The notes under the pieces: model-generated | Databases searched by the model: none | Told to the model about the DNA's origin: nothing | Seen by the model: the letters and a program-made list of their open reading frames with translations, nothing else | Assembly (NCBI GenBank): GCA_008632985.1 | Contig: QPGO01000161.1 | Location: 1-64,000, forward strand | Direction: 5' to 3' | Source of the DNA: Psammoneis japonica | Lineage: Eukaryota | DNA length: 64,000 bases | In this document: positions 63,090 through 64,000 of the stretch, piece after piece | How positions within the stretch are numbered: the first letter of the stretch is position 1 | How the letters are laid out: each line of letters starts with the position of its first letter | Position numbers and translations under genes: made by a program

Positions 63090-64000
63090 TTTTGCTCCCA
63101 CAGCAATGTTTGCAACGCCAAAACCTCTTTGCTCAAGAGGCCACCCCCATTTCTTTTGCAAACAAAAAAGTCTTGCGCTTTTGTGTGCGACCCCCAAAAA
63201 GAGGAAACTTGGCGGATGGGAGCAGGCTGCTTTTGCACACATCATGTGTGCCAACCCAGTTTTTGCTGAGCCAGTTCAGCGACTGGATTTTTGCATCATC
63301 TGTCTGTCACAAAGAGTCCCACAGTGTGCCAGAGCATGTGTCATGCTCATTTTCATTTCCTGGGTGTGGTTTTTCAGAGTCTTGCGTGCGGCTCCTGATT
63401 GGTGCAAAATGCTCGAGCGATGACGCCCCCCTCTGTTGCGCCCAATTTTCCACACAAGCCAGCAGCCACTGAGCACTGTGGCCATGCTCTTCAATGGTCA
63501 AAATGTTGGGTTGGAGGGTTTTCATGCCTTTGAAGTTGTTTTGCACACAAAGAATGGCGCCCAACAAAGCTTTGCCAAACAAACCCAAAACGCAATGAAG
63601 CGAGCCACCAAACACAGCCATGAAAACAACAGCTCACACACAAAAGTCACTCACAAGCATTTTTTTGCTGAGAGCTCTGACTCAAGCCACGCGTGGTTGA
63701 CACAAGGCCTTCTGTGCACCCTCCCTCAGCTGTGGGAACAAGACCCAAGACTGGTCATGCTCAGCTGGGAGGGCAACTCAAAAAACAAACAAAGCACACA
63801 ACAGCTTGCAGCTTTCACACATGATGAGCAGTTGTGTGCAAAACAAATGCAAGCCAACCTTGGCCTCACTTGGAGGAGACACCAAGCTCCAACCCTGGCA
63901 GCCATCAATGGCATGTGACGCACATGTGCAGTGCACAAATGCAGTCCACAGGAGCTGCACTGTTGATTTTCAAATTTGGAGGCAGCCTCTCCAATCACCA
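63090..64000. mobile_element. TpA-depleted degenerate repeat block, truncated by the window edge
   Basis: Essentially no TpA from 63090 to the end, with TG/CA excess. No domain recognised. Confidence 0.55.

Overview
Eukaryotic nuclear DNA, almost certainly from a diatom: it has an LHCX gene, a CoDi-type Copia pol, a frustulin-type Cys module and short GT-AG introns. Ordinary genes include a HECT ligase remnant, a spondin_N protein, two tandem Cys/Lys-rich secreted paralogs, an F-box-like gene, LHCX, a PhoX phosphatase, a TraB-family gene, two glycosyltransferases, a large helical protein and a tRNA-like locus. These alternate with about seven sharply bounded blocks (roughly 26 kb, about 40% of the window) of transposon-derived DNA in which TpA is almost absent and TpG/CpA is in large excess. 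Comparisons within the window give the direction of change as TpA -> TpG/CpA (A>G on either strand). The comparisons are three copies of one intergenic repeat, the two TIRs of one transposon, the two halves of one transposon-split gene, and internal duplicates. The change is separable from CpG loss, spreads into neighbouring host DNA and spares plain gene duplications. This looks like a transposon-targeted hypermutation system running opposite to fungal RIP, and it is the main candidate novel system. Many single-base frameshifts in host genes suggest an imperfectly polished assembly, so read-level confirmation is needed. All counts are manual and approximate.
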